64,000 nucleotides of DNA, from assembly GCA_964247055.1 (NCBI GenBank), contig OZ176052.1, positions 5,828,001 to 5,892,000 on the forward strand, written 5' to 3'. The notes beneath the pieces were generated by a model, which worked only from the letters and a program-made list of their open reading frames with translations, did no database searches and was not told the origin of the DNA. This DNA is from Paragordius varius. Taxonomy: Eukaryota > Animalia > Nematomorpha. Of the stretch, positions 1-12,395 are shown in pieces. Numbering within the stretch: position 1 is the stretch's first letter; each line of letters opens with the position of its first letter. Both the position numbers and the translations under genes were made by a program.

Positions 1-750
1 AAGGTTAGTATGTGACTTTATCAGGGTTAACCTTTGTAAAATTTGATCTCAATTGTTGTGTCGCATATCATTTTTAATTAGATTTTTTTAGTTTAAGCAA
101 ATATTGTTTTAAAGCAATTTTCAAGTAAATAAACATATAGGCCTAAAAGTATTTTTTATTCATCTGTATATGTGTAGAGCGTGATTTAATCATTTTCGAA
201 CAAACCCCTTAGTTCCTCCTCCCTAAATGGTATTACAAATATTTGTTTTAAGCAATCCTACATAAAGCGTGTTGGCTCATCGAATTCAAAGAGAACGATT
301 CCTTTATAAATGTGTCTATACTTGGCCATTTTTTTGAATTAACCCGTTGGTTCGGTCCCATCCCATGAAATGGGGTCTCTAAACAATCGATTTCAACCAA
401 TTTTGCGGAAATCATGTTAGCCTTTTCAAATTTAATAATAAATTTTTTTATTTTAATAATGCGTCTAGAGTATTGAGACTTTTATAATTTTCCTTTCAGT
501 TTAAATCCACTTCGTAGAAACTTATGAATCCAGACACAGAGCCAATTTTAAAAATCAAAAGTTTATTATAATTTGGTGTCATATATAAAGTTAACAGTAA
601 CGATAGCTATTATAGGCCATTTCGGTTTTCAAATGGATAGAAGGGAATTTAATTTACATTTGTCTGTTGCCATGTATTAGATTTTTCATTTTGTTAGTTA
701 AATATTTATGAGCACTGTATTTTTTACTTCACAATTTTCAAATATGTAAT

Positions 751-1299
751 TTAAATTTGGATGCAACATATTCATTTTAGTCCTTCGATTTGGGGTAGTT
801 AAATACCCGTAAATTCCTTGAAAAATATGGAAGAGATCAAAACCATGACAAAATGTTGCACTTATATAACATTAATAAACCGAAATTTATAAAAAAATTT
901 AAAAAATACTTGATATTACTTGTGTTAAGCTAAAACCGAAAGGTAAAAGTTTAGTCAACGTGACATGTGTGAAATGCTAAAATTGAAAAATAATACAAAA
1001 TAAACCGCTTTTTATATTTCTATCAATGTTAGATGTAATTAATAAAAAATTAGCTTTATTTTAACCCTTAATAAATGAAGACGATATTTTCCAAAAGTTT
1101 TGTAAAATAAAAATGGCGTCGAAGTAGTTTGACATGACACTTTTTTTTCAAAACAAAATTTTATTTAGATATTTTGGCATGTTTATTTAATTTTTATTAG
1201 GATAGAAGCACATATTGGGACCGTTTCCTTTAGTAGCGTTTTCAAAATCTTAACTCAAATTTAGTCTGGGAGATATCCCAATTTGAATCGAAGTGTTAA
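751..1299. mobile_element. piggyBac-type non-autonomous element (MITE), copy A
   Basis: Reverse complement of 7352-7940 along its whole length (about 80% by eye). Bounded by TTAA at 751-754 and GAAGTG-TTAA at 1290-1299. Carries the internal inverted repeat CTTCGATT(..)TGGGGTA..TACCC near both ends. Confidence 0.65.
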
Positions 1300-2174
1300 T
1301 AGTAAGAATCTCATACATGGCAGCTAAGTATATTAATCCCCTGTTAGCCATTTTAAATACTGGAATATATCATAGCTCTCGTTACAGTATATTGATTTTT
1401 GGTTAAATACATATTAATATTCCAGTTTTTTTTAGCGAATTAACAAAAATGTTTATAAAAATTTTGGTAAAAAAAATTTAATTTTTTATTTTTTAATATT
1501 TATTTTTTTAGGAAACGCGCCCAAGGCCATAAGCATATTTTATTGGCAGTTTCAATATTTATTCCATGCAGGCATTGAGTTTTTACTTTATGGCATGCAC
1601 GTCGTACTTGATATATCCAAAATATTTAATCTCTTGAAGTGATTCTTTGGAATTTAAACATGGCCCAAATATTACAAAAACTATCAACATATATACACAG
1701 ATTAGGTCAAGAATGGTTATTCGAAGACCCCGTGTCATTATTATTCTTCTCCTATTAGTATTTTTTTACCACAAAAATGTTTGAATCTAACGATTTAAAA
1801 CTCAAAAAATTGAACGGAAACAAAACCGAATGAACCAAATAACAGTTACAAATAATTTTTACAAGTTAATACCCAGCGGTAAGTGTACATACAAGGGGTT
1901 GGAACCAAAACTTTTTTAGTTCATTTATTGAGTCTATTTCTTTGTCTCTGTTCGAGTTCCGCACAATTTAAATAAATAGGAATGGATCAAATGCAGTTCC
2001 GAAAAATATTTTGCCATATAATAACCCAGAAATTCTTCTAGGAAATTCAGAACGTGAAGCAATATTTAAGCCGTCAAAAGAACAATGCAATGCAGAAGAA
2101 GATCACCCTAGTAAAAAATAAGCACCGCGAATAGACGGAACTGTAGAAATAATTCTTTTTTTTCTATCCGTATA

Positions 2175-2437
2175 CGGGGGTATCCAACATCATGCCCTCC
2201 AAAATTTTTCTGCGGCCCGCGACAAATATATACAAAATTCTATGAAAAAAATATTTTCCTAAACAAAGAATCTGATAATCTTTCCGAATTTTGTAAATGA
2301 ACTAGCAAAATATTTGACAATCTTAGGTCTAAAATCTAACAAAATATTTCTTAATTCCCATATATTTTTCAAATTAGGCCCGCCGGATTTTTTATCCAAA
2401 AATGCGTCCCGCGAATTCATTGTGTTGGACACCCCTG
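2175..2437 (-). mobile_element. hAT (Buster/Charlie-type) MITE, family copy 1
   Basis: Ends in TGTGTTGGACACCCCTG (2421-2437) with a degenerate CGGGGGTATCCAACA at the left end. Body is the reverse complement of the 60800-61060 copy. Right flank CACTAACC fits nnnTAnnn; left flank does not match. Confidence 0.7.
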
Positions 2438-2979
2438 CACTAACCATATTTTACCAAAATAAGTAAACGACAAAAGCTACATAAATTTTGAATTATTGTT
2501 AGATGGCTTCTAAAGTATTTACTACGACATGGAAAATTTTAATCAAAAGTTTTCATAATACTTTCTAACGTTAAATTAATTAAGTGCCATTGATTGTGGT
2601 ACTCGGTACATAATACTTTAAAACTCCTATTTCAACCATTCTTGAACATTGGCGGGACTGATGAAACCTGGATTAATTATTAAATTACTAAAGGAAATCA
2701 CAACATTGAATTAAGCCTTTTTTTCTTACCAAATTATGAGAAATATGTATCAATTGAATTTTTTAGAGAGCGTCATACAAGCCGTACAGTTAAATGTTTG
2801 GGTTGATACACACTTGAGAAGAGTCCTGCCACAATTAAAGTAAAAAATAGAAAATTGTTGAAGTTGCCACTGACCAATTATTGTTTGCAGTGCAAATAAT
2901 TTTAGAACAAAATAAATTTATAAATACATTATTACGACAGTTATACGTAAAAGATTGTAAAACGTTTCAAAATAGATTT

Positions 2980-3010
2980 GGGGGGGGGGGGGGAGGGGGG
3001 AGGGCTAGGG
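2980..3010 (+). repeat. G-tract (G14-A-G6-A-GGG-CTA-GGG), potential G-quadruplex
   Basis: Read directly from the sequence; four G-runs of at least 3 in otherwise AT-rich DNA. Confidence 0.85.
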
Positions 3011-3960
3011 ATTAAATCCTAAAAACGTTGCAAATATTTGTCATAATTACATACATTGTCCTTGTTTCTAAAATTGTGACGCAATAAAAGTTAAGGAGAA
3101 TAGGTGAACACCTGAGAAACCGGGCTATAAATGGAGAATGAAAAGCAATTAGTTTAAAAGCTTAGCCATTTGTTTCAATAATGTAATGACGAAGTGTAAA
3201 CCTTTATTTCAAATATAAAATCCAAAAAAAAATATTTTATATTACATAAAACCAGCCTCTATTATTTTTTATTATGTAAATAAACAAATAGAAACAATAA
3301 AATTAGTTAATATCTAACTATTAACTGATATGAGAGAAAACGTACAAAATTAAAATAAAATCGAAAATTAAAAAACAATATTATAAAGACGGGTATTTTA
3401 TCGTATTCAAAATAATAGGATATATAAAAAAATAAATCAATTTTATTTACTATTAACTTATTTTAAAAGTTAAAAACAAGAAATTCTTGGATTTATCAAA
3501 ATATTTGGAAATGTTGTTGTTATTAAAATAAGTCATTTTATTTTAAAACAATTAAAAATTAGTGTTTTTTGAAAATACCAATTCAAATTAAATACTAAAG
3601 ATATATAATTTTTTGTAATAGATATCATATAGAAGTAATGATTTATACAAATAATATTACATAATTTTATTGGGTATACAAAAAATATTTGTAATTTTTC
3701 ATTTATCTTTTGGTATTAAGTATAATGAAAAACTTAGCCAGTTTTTGTATTTTTTGCATCGTTCGTTATTTTATTTAAAGGTTTTTTTATTTGTGAGATG
3801 GACTAAGCCTCAAGGGTTAGATAAAAACAAAAATTGCGATAATTAATATTAAAAGTTAACAAGGTAGGAAATACAAATTTATATTTAGCAATCTGGCCTC
3901 CTAATTACATTTAAATATGTGTATATTCCTTTAAACCTAAACAGACAATAAAAAAGTTTG

Positions 3961-4184
3961 ACTGGGCGGGCCGCATTTTTAACTCAAGAAAATGGTGGGA
4001 CGCATTCATTGATAATTTTTTAGATTTCAAACATTGGATTGTAAACTGCAAAAACAATTTAACATTTTTTTCTAGATCCTGCCAATCTTATTAAAAAAAT
4101 TGTTTAGAAACTAAGATTTTTTGACCATATTTTCGCAAATTTTGGAGGTCCAAATTTTGGCGGGTCACGTGTTGGACACCCCTG
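3961..4184 (+). mobile_element. hAT (Buster-type) MITE, family copy 2, 5'-truncated
   Basis: Internal GCGGGCCGCATTTTT motif and right TIR GTGTTGGACACCCCTG; flank TACTAGAT fits nnnTAnnn. Left TIR not found. Confidence 0.7.
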
Positions 4185-5939
4185 TACTAGATCATAATTA
4201 TTGAACTTGTTCAGAATCCAAAATATGGTATAGCTTAAATATTTCTTTTATTTTTGACATGTCATTTGTGTTCATATTATTATACTAACTTTGGATTATT
4301 TAATCTTTAATTTTTGTTGCTTCTATAGCAGTGGTATTCATCAAAAAAAATGTGCACACCATATAATACCGATAAGCATTTTATGGCTATTTGACACATT
4401 TACAGGTGGTAATTAAACTTTACAAAATTGAATAAATATTTCTGGACCATAAATACCACTGGTCTCGAGTGTGTTAGTGTATAAATCAATACAATTAGGA
4501 GTTAAGAATAAGGGTGATCTTAAAATTTGCTAAATTCTTAATAAGACTTACTAATTTTAAATGTTTGATATAATTTGTTGACTTTCTAGGCCGAAGGCTT
4601 TTTGACCTATATATAAATGTAAACAATGCAAACTTCATTGTCCATGAATAACCCAAGTAAGTGTTAATTAAAAGAATAAAGCAAAAACTACTTTGAAAAA
4701 TAAAATTGAAATGTTAGCCCCTTCTAACCAAACTTTTTTAGCTAGTTAATGAAAAAAAAGAGCCAGTAAAAAATGTGTTTTATATTACTATTTCATATAA
4801 CACCCTCTTTAAACCCCGTTTAAGTTAATTACATTTCTAAATTGTGCATTTATCAGATTACTTTTTCATTTCATTTCGAGATAAAAAATTTAAAATTAAC
4901 TAAACTACTTGGTGGTCTATTATCATCTGTAAAAATTATCATATACACAAATATCTTTTTATATCCGTAAGGGAATTTTTTGAAGTTTTTTAAAAAGTTT
5001 TTTTTTTGCAAAAAACAGATTTATTATACATTTTCCTGAAGTAGCTTGAAATTCAAAAAATAGGGTCGAAGTTTAGATAAAATTAATTTTTAATATAGAT
5101 GTATTAAAAATATTTCATTAGATATATATACGTACTAAATGAAAAATCCCCGCTTACAATTTTAAATAAAAGTGTAAGTAATAAACAGCCTTAAAATAAT
5201 CAGAATTATTAGAGGTGTATAGTATTGTAGTTTTTAAATGTAATTTACAAATTTTTTTATTCAATAATTTTACCATTTTATATCTCATCCCAGTTTCATC
5301 AAATGCTAATTTTCTCAAAATTTTAAAAATAATAATAATAAATAAATAAATAGAATATAACAATCAATAAATTTAAATTTTTATAATTATTGTTTTAAAA
5401 TTTTGTGTTTATTATTTACATATACTTATTTATCCTAAAAATTACTGTATACTTCACAAACAAAATCATTTTATGGTAAAATATTTCGGACAACTTTTCA
5501 TATAAAATCATTTCATCGAATAATATAAAGAAAAGATGATTTTTGGACTTATTCCCTAAGATGGCACCAGGAAAACTTATGTAAAGTATGAATTACACTT
5601 ATATTTTATATATTTATAATGTATTTTAATTTCAGACTTTATAAACTCGATATAATGAGCCAAGTGTAAACATACTATTGAATAATAAATAAGTATAATG
5701 TAAATTTGATTAAATATTAATATTTATTTTTTTGAATAATATATGGGGGTAATTTAATTTTTCAATTCTAGTTTGGGCGATTTAGAGAGTTCCATATTCC
5801 CAAATTTTAAACGGTTATGACTTTAAAAATCTAAAATCTTCTTGCTTAAAAATCGAAACTAGGCATATTGATCAGAATAAGCCAATTAGTTTCAGGACAG
5901 TGAGGAGAGATTATTAATCCATTATACTATCGAAATTCA

Positions 5940-6455
5940 ATTATTCCTTTCTTGGGTTCTATTTCGTCTCATATGCATATGATAAAATTTTTAATCATAA
6001 AATACATTACGAAAATTGTATTGGTGATTGATTTTCGTTTTTAATGGGCAAACTGCTAAAATTGTAAATACATAATCAAATATATAACTAAATTTGTTTT
6101 GTCTGGGCCTAGCTTAGCTAACTTTAATTTACGTATTTATATAAAGTTTTACATAAAACAACAAACGTATACCTTATTTCCGAAAATTACCCTACTAATA
6201 TATTTTGATGGAAAAGGTATTTAATTTTAAAGGCAACAGAACGATGTATTTAGTATCTTTAACTTCAACATAAAAAATTTCAAATATATATATGTTGCAA
6301 TTAAACTATAGTTTAGCTTATTTTTGAACTATATCAATCAATCATTTTCGATAATTTATCGTTAAAGGTAAACATTTGTAAATTTATCTTAAACATGTGT
6401 ATACTATATTATCAATATTTTTGATAAAATAGCCTTATTTAAAATCAAAAAAAAA
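5940..6455. repeat. Dispersed ~510-bp repeat, copy C (inverted relative to 9797-10310)
   Basis: For example GTCTGGGCCTAGCTTAGCTAACTTTAATTTACGTA (about 6101-6135) is the near reverse complement of TACGTAAATTAAAGTTGGCTAGGCTAGGCCCAGAC (about 10112-10146). Similarity continues on both sides. Boundaries approximate; no TIR or TSD seen. Confidence 0.8.
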
Positions 6456-7351
6456 TATATTTTTCTATCCGAAATAATATTGTTTCAGAAAATTTATGTT
6501 AGAAATATGTTTAAAAAAATATATATTGAAAATTTTTTAAATATTTAATACCACCCAAAATGTAAAAATATTTTATGCATGGTGCGCATTTAGTAGGTTG
6601 AGTATAACTGCATCACAAATATTAATTTAAATAAAGTGGAAAATATAAATTGTGTCCCTAGAGGGCGTTTAAAATTGTTTTAACAAAATAGACTAATTTT
6701 GAAGTTGTTAGGAAAGTTGTGTTAACATCAGTCAGTTTTACAAATTTATCTATATTAGTGGAAAATAAATGGTTTTTCAAAAATTTCATATTTTATACAT
6801 AATATGTACAAATTTCAATAATTGATACACTTTTAAAGCGTTAATATTTTAATTTCAATATAATGCCAAAAAAAGGCACACAAAACAGCTCAAAAAGTTA
6901 ATTTGAAATTTATCGGAATTTAGATTAAACATTCCAATCCAATATAATAATGATAATAATAATTTACAAATTTTAAAAATACAAGATCAAAAGAAATTTT
7001 TTTTTAGTTTTTCAAAGAGGAAAATACTAAAAAGGAAATTATTTTTCAATATACACGTATTTTTTTATGTTGTATTTAAAAAAATGCAAATTTGCGACAC
7101 AAAAGACACATTACATTTGTTTTACACAAATGGGTTTAGGGATGCTGAAAAAAGTGTGAAAATTTTGAATTTTTTTTGTTTTATCGTCACTGTTTTCCCC
7201 TTCAAATGAATTTGGTAAAAACCCAAAATGGCTCTATTTTTTAATTATTTTGCTATGAATTATTTAAATCACCTAGAATTACATTTTTTTATTAATATAT
7301 TGAAAGCGTAAATTAACAAATTAAATATTTAAATGTTTCTACCTATTTGTT

Positions 7352-7940
7352 TTAACACTTCGATTCAAATTGGGGTATCTAAATACCCCAGACTAAATTT
7401 AAATTAATATTTTAAAAAAACTACTGAAGGAAACGGTCCCAATTTAAATTTATGCTCCTATCGTAATAAAAATTATATAAATATGTCAAAATATCTTAAT
7501 TAAATTTTGTTTTGAAAAAAAAGTTCCATATCAAACTAGTTCGACGCCATTTTTATATTACAAAATATTTGCAAAATATCGTCTTTATTTAATTTTAAGG
7601 GTAAAATTAAAGCTAATATTTAATTAAAATTACATCTAACACTGATAGAAATAAAAAAACGGTTTATTTTGTATTATTTTTTAATTTTACCATTTCACAC
7701 ATGTCACGTTGACGAAATTTTTACCTTTCGGTTTTAGCTTAAAATAAGTAATATCAAGTATTAATGAATAAAATTTTTTATATATTTCGGTTTTTTAATG
7801 TTATATAAGTGCTAAATTTTGCCATGATTTCGATTCCTTCCATACTTTTTAAATTATTTGATTTTAAACAGGACTGGGGTATTCAACTACCCCAATCTGA
7901 ATCGAAGGACTAAAATGAATGTGTTGTATCCAAGTGTTAA
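7352..7940. mobile_element. piggyBac-type non-autonomous element (MITE), copy B
   Basis: TTAA-CACTT at the left end and AAGTG-TTAA at the right end. An internal inverted repeat (7352-7391 vs 7874-7913) abuts the left terminus but lies about 25 bp inside the right terminus, the asymmetric terminal/subterminal layout known for piggyBac. Confidence 0.7.
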
Positions 7941-8116
7941 GTTTACTTTGAAAGATTATTTAAAGAAAATTATATATATTCAAATATTTTATCTTTTGTT
8001 CTATTAAGTTTTTAAAATCTGTTAAAAAATTATTTTTTTAAATGAACAATAAATTTAAGATTGAAGAATGGTGTCAGTTAAAAATGTAGGTTTCATACTG
8101 AATATGCCCTTTAAAT

Positions 8117-8310
8117 CAGATCTGTCCAACACAACTGGCTTTGCGGGCCGATTTTTTTGATCAAATAATCCGGTTGGCCGCATTTGCAAAATTCTTAGGC
8201 ATAAACAAATATTTTATCGATTTTAGATCTAAGATTATAAAAACAACTATTTTAACATTTTTTGCTAATTCATTACCAATTGTCAGTAATTTAATATTTT
8301 ATGGAGAACC
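8117..8310 (+). mobile_element. hAT (Buster-type) MITE, family copy 3, 3'-degraded
   Basis: Starts CAGATCTGTCCAACACAACTGGCTTTGCGGGCCG, matching the family left end; left flank CTTTAAAT fits nnnTAnnn. Right TIR not found; end approximate. Confidence 0.6.
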
Positions 8311-9025
8311 CTCTCTTGAATAAACAGTCAACAATCAAAAATTTTAAACATATATGTTAATAGTATTTTTACACATGAATATAAACAATTGTTATAAAGT
8401 TTTTTGCTATTACCAGTAATTTTTAATTTACACTATTGAGATATGCAGTTAGAAAACAATTTTGTATCTTAGTCTACCGTCGGAACCGGCATAGGAATTT
8501 ATATCAAAATATGATTTAAAATAATTTAATACGGATTCATGCTTTTTGGCACTCTGCGTTAAATAGATAGAACTCTAAAAACATATATTTTAGGTGCCTA
8601 GAAACTAGAAACACATCTCCATAAATCTATCGAATATTTTAATAAATTTTGTCTGTAAATATTTGGCATTAGGCACACCGATAATTTTTAAACAGTGAAA
8701 TACTTATATTGATTCATAACATAAATACGAATGCGTACTTCTTTAATGATTTCTACCCTACGCGTAAAATATTTTATTAAATTTTTGATCATTTAACCAT
8801 CAGAAAAGCGTTTTTATTCATGTAAAATAGGTCTTTATCTATATATATCACAAATTATTGATTTATAAGTGGTGTCAGTTTTAGTCAGATTACTAATGGG
8901 CCCACTATTTCTCTTTTTGATTTTTATGGCTTTTCCAGATTTTTTATTTTTCCAATAAATTTGAAAATTTTATAGCTCGTTAATAGCGTGGCAATATGAT
9001 TTTTTTTCCTTATTTTTTCTATAGA

Positions 9026-9029
9026 ATAT

Positions 9030-9064
<35 letters not shown>
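9026..9064. repeat. (TA)n microsatellite, one interruption
   Basis: Read directly from the sequence. Confidence 0.9.
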
Positions 9065-9796
9065 TGTCCGATAAAATCATGTAAATTTATACAAATTTAT
9101 GTTAGAGTGAGATAACACGCTTTTTGTTTATACAAAATACAAACACACATAATAATGATAATTCCAAGATTGTCTTCTTGTGTTTGCTTTCCAATAGAAA
9201 AAATATTATGTATTGAATGATAAATTTTATTTTGAATTTGATTTTGTACTTCTTTTTTGGCAAAAACCAAAATTTGTCCAGTTTTAGTAAAATAATTGTC
9301 AACGTAAACATATGTATATATACACATTCTACAGTTTATAAGAATATAGAATTATCAAGTTTTTTTTGCTACTAAAAATTATTTTGTTAACTTTTATTTG
9401 TGCACAATGCAATCCATTATTTTTGATTATAATCACCAACAAAAGCTTATAATTCATGCAAAAAAATTGAATGAAGATTTATCACACTAAAAAAATTTTT
9501 TTAGATCAATTCCCTGAGAGGATTTTATTTTACATATTTTTTTACAATTATTCTTAATAAAAAAAACCAAATTATTATTGAGAAATAAATCCAAAAATCG
9601 CACACAATATCAGTTTTTTTTGATCAAAAACAAAGAAAGAATGCATTAGGGGTGTCAATCAGTTTTATGCAAAACCATTCATTTTTTTATTTCAATAAAA
9701 TAAAAATTAGAAAAATATTTTTTAGCTATAACGATAATTTTGTATTAATTTTGGCGCGGTTTGTGCAAAAGTTACGTAAAACGAACACCGACCCGT

Positions 9797-10310
9797 TTTT
9801 TGATTTTAAAAAAGCTTGTTGTATCAAAAATATTAATTGTAGTATACACATATATAAACTAAAATTACAAATGTTTACCTTTATCGATAACTGATCGAAA
9901 AATGACTGATTGATATTTTAAAATAAGCTATCTGTAGTTTCATCGCAACATATATATATATTTGATTTTTATGTTGAAGTTTTAGATACTAACTTACATC
10001 CTTGTGTTAGCCTTTAAAATAAAATACCTCTTCTTCATTAAAATATATTAGTAGGGTAATTTTTGGAAAATAAGGTATACATTTGTTATTTTATGTAAAA
10101 ATTTATATAATTACGTAAATTAAAGTTGGCTAGGCTAGGCCCAGACAAAATTAGTTATATTCGCACCTATATGTATGTATTGCATTTATCAGCAGTATTA
10201 CCTATTAAAAAGGAAAATCAATTAATAATACAATTTTTGTAATATATTTTATGATTAATTAACATACGCAAACGAGAGGAAATCGAATCCAAAGCAGAAA
10301 TTTATTTCAA
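9797..10310. repeat. Dispersed ~510-bp repeat, copy D (inverted relative to 5940-6455)
   Basis: Reverse-complement similarity to copy C over its full length; boundaries approximate. Confidence 0.8.
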
Positions 10311-11187
10311 TAAAATACAAATTGGAAAATTATTTTTGAAGTTCAATGATAATGTATTATTTTTAGCCCTCTTTGCTAGTAAAGTTACGTATTGTGATTG
10401 TTGTTTTTAACAAAAACTACCTCCTTTTTTAAAATTTTTTAAGTGAAGTGATATTTTTAAAAATTTAATTTTAGGATATATTTTAAAGAGAGATTCATAA
10501 ATAACTACAATCTGGTGATTTATTAAAAATGCCCCAAATACTTTTTGCAAATTCCACAATTTTATTATAAATTTGATTTCAAATGAAATAAAAAAAATGG
10601 ATTAAAATATTTTTTGCTGTAAAACATTAATGTCCCCAGAGATCGCATTAGCATATTTTTTCCATAACCAATTTCAAGGAAGATTAGACGACTTAAGATA
10701 TGATGAAAATGTAATTAAATTATATTATAATAATAATTAATCCTCAATAAAAAGTAAAGTACTCTCACTTTTTGCAAACATAATTTTTTTAGACTATTTT
10801 TATTAAATATATTATTCATGTATTTACCATTTTTGAAATATTTTTAATTTTAATGTTTGGTTAGTAAAATATTTATATATTAGGTTAAACTCGATGATAT
10901 AATTTATATTTTTTTGGAAGCATTGCCGCTATCCCTCAAGCGAAAAATGTAATTTATTTTTAAATGTTATTGGAATTTTATTGTGAACTTTTTCAATAAC
11001 ATCATATTTAAATAAACTAGAGCATATACGCGTTCATAGGATTTTAAATATTTTTTCATTTAAGTTGCTCAATTAACCAATTATTATTACTTATGCAAAA
11101 ATTATCCACTATTATACTTCAATTTAAATAGAATCTTTTTGAATGTTGAGATATTTTAAAAATCTTAAAACATATGCTACTTTGGAG

Positions 11188-11450
11188 CAAAAGGAGTGTC
11201 CAACACAATGGCTTCGCGGGCCGGATTCACAAAATATATATAGGCACCTAAAAATATTTTATTAAATTTTCAATATACAATGTAAAAACTACTATTTAAA
11301 TTAACAATTTTCAATTGCAGAATTTGAAAAATCTTATTCAGAAATATTGTTTGATAAAATTAATTTTACTTAGATTTGGTAAAATTTTGCATTTGAAATT
11401 TATCGCGGTTTGCAGAAATATTTCGGAGGTTTGCATGTTAAACACCCGTG
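11188..11450 (+). mobile_element. hAT (Buster-type) MITE, family copy 4
   Basis: Degenerate TIRs CAAAAGGAGTGTCCAACAC / ATGTTAAACACCCGTG. 8-bp TSD CTTTGGAG (11180-11187) / CTTTAGAG (11451-11458), 7 of 8 matching. Confidence 0.75.
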
Positions 11451-12119
11451 CTTTAGAGTCTCGCACATAAAATGATGATATTATCAAATATTGTTTAAAT
11501 TAACCTGAAATGAGCAGTTAAACCGCTCGAATTTAGTTGCTCCTGTCCTGGCAAATTTGAAATTGTTATTGATTTAAAATTTTTCTCTCCCTTTATATAC
11601 ATATCTATTTAGTTATCATGGACCTAGTTGAATTTATATTCTGAAAAAAAATCCCTATTTTTTAAAATAAAGTGCATTTAGCATAATAGTTTGTGGAATT
11701 GCAATAGGCACTTTAATTGTATCCCAATCATAGTTTTTTCATCTTTTAAAACATGTTAAAAAGATACGCTTGCTACAATGTTTAAGCGACTGTTTAATTT
11801 TAAAAGATTTATTTGATTTGCCAATTATACAGATAGGCTATTTGTCGCTAAGAATTACTGTAACTTAACAATTGTGACAACTGTGCCTTGGCAATTTTTC
11901 CTTTTTATTAAAATAAAATCTCATAAAAATAGATAATAAAAATTAAAAAACACCTTGCAACATTGTCCCATCTGGGAAGTGGGCACACACACCTAAATAT
12001 GTAGTACAAACGTTTAGGTTTGAGTCTCGATTTATAAAAATTCTTTTAAATATAAATATATTTTTGAATCAATTATTTTATTTTATTTAATATGTTAAAT
12101 TTTTAAGTTATATCAAGAT

Positions 12120-12395
12120 TTAAAAGAGTATGGTTGTCTATTAGAAATTAATATTTGTCTTTATTTCTGTTTTATTCGTATATCAATTTTTACTGTATAT
12201 CTAATTAAATATTTTATATTTTTATATAATTGTATCGCTAAAATCATTATAAAGATTATGATTGTCTATTAGAAATTAATATTTGTCTTTATATTTTTAG
12301 ATTTTATCCGTATAATAATTTTAATTTTTACTGTAATTTTATGTAATTTTTTAATATTTAAAATCTTTATATTATTGTATGGCTAAATATTATAA
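12120..12395 (+). repeat. Two-unit tandem duplication, period about 128 bp
   Basis: TTGTCTATTAGAAATTAATATTTGTCTTTA occurs at 12134 and 12262, with continuing looser similarity downstream of each. Confidence 0.8.

Noticed and set aside
2656-2710. CTGATGA (hammerhead core) and the peptide GTDETW (DDE-like)
   Set aside because: No stem II closing onto GAAA and no stems I/III could be drawn; no further transposase motifs nearby.
5552-5700. ATGGCACCAGG... followed by a ~50-nt GT-AG intron-like segment
   Set aside because: No frame stays open across the putative junction, so it cannot be supported as an exon.
9097-9327. YVYVDNYFT resembling the piggyBac DN(Y/F)(F/Y)TS motif or an integrase VDYFTK
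   Set aside because: The expected flanking motifs are absent and the rest of the ORF is AT-driven low complexity.
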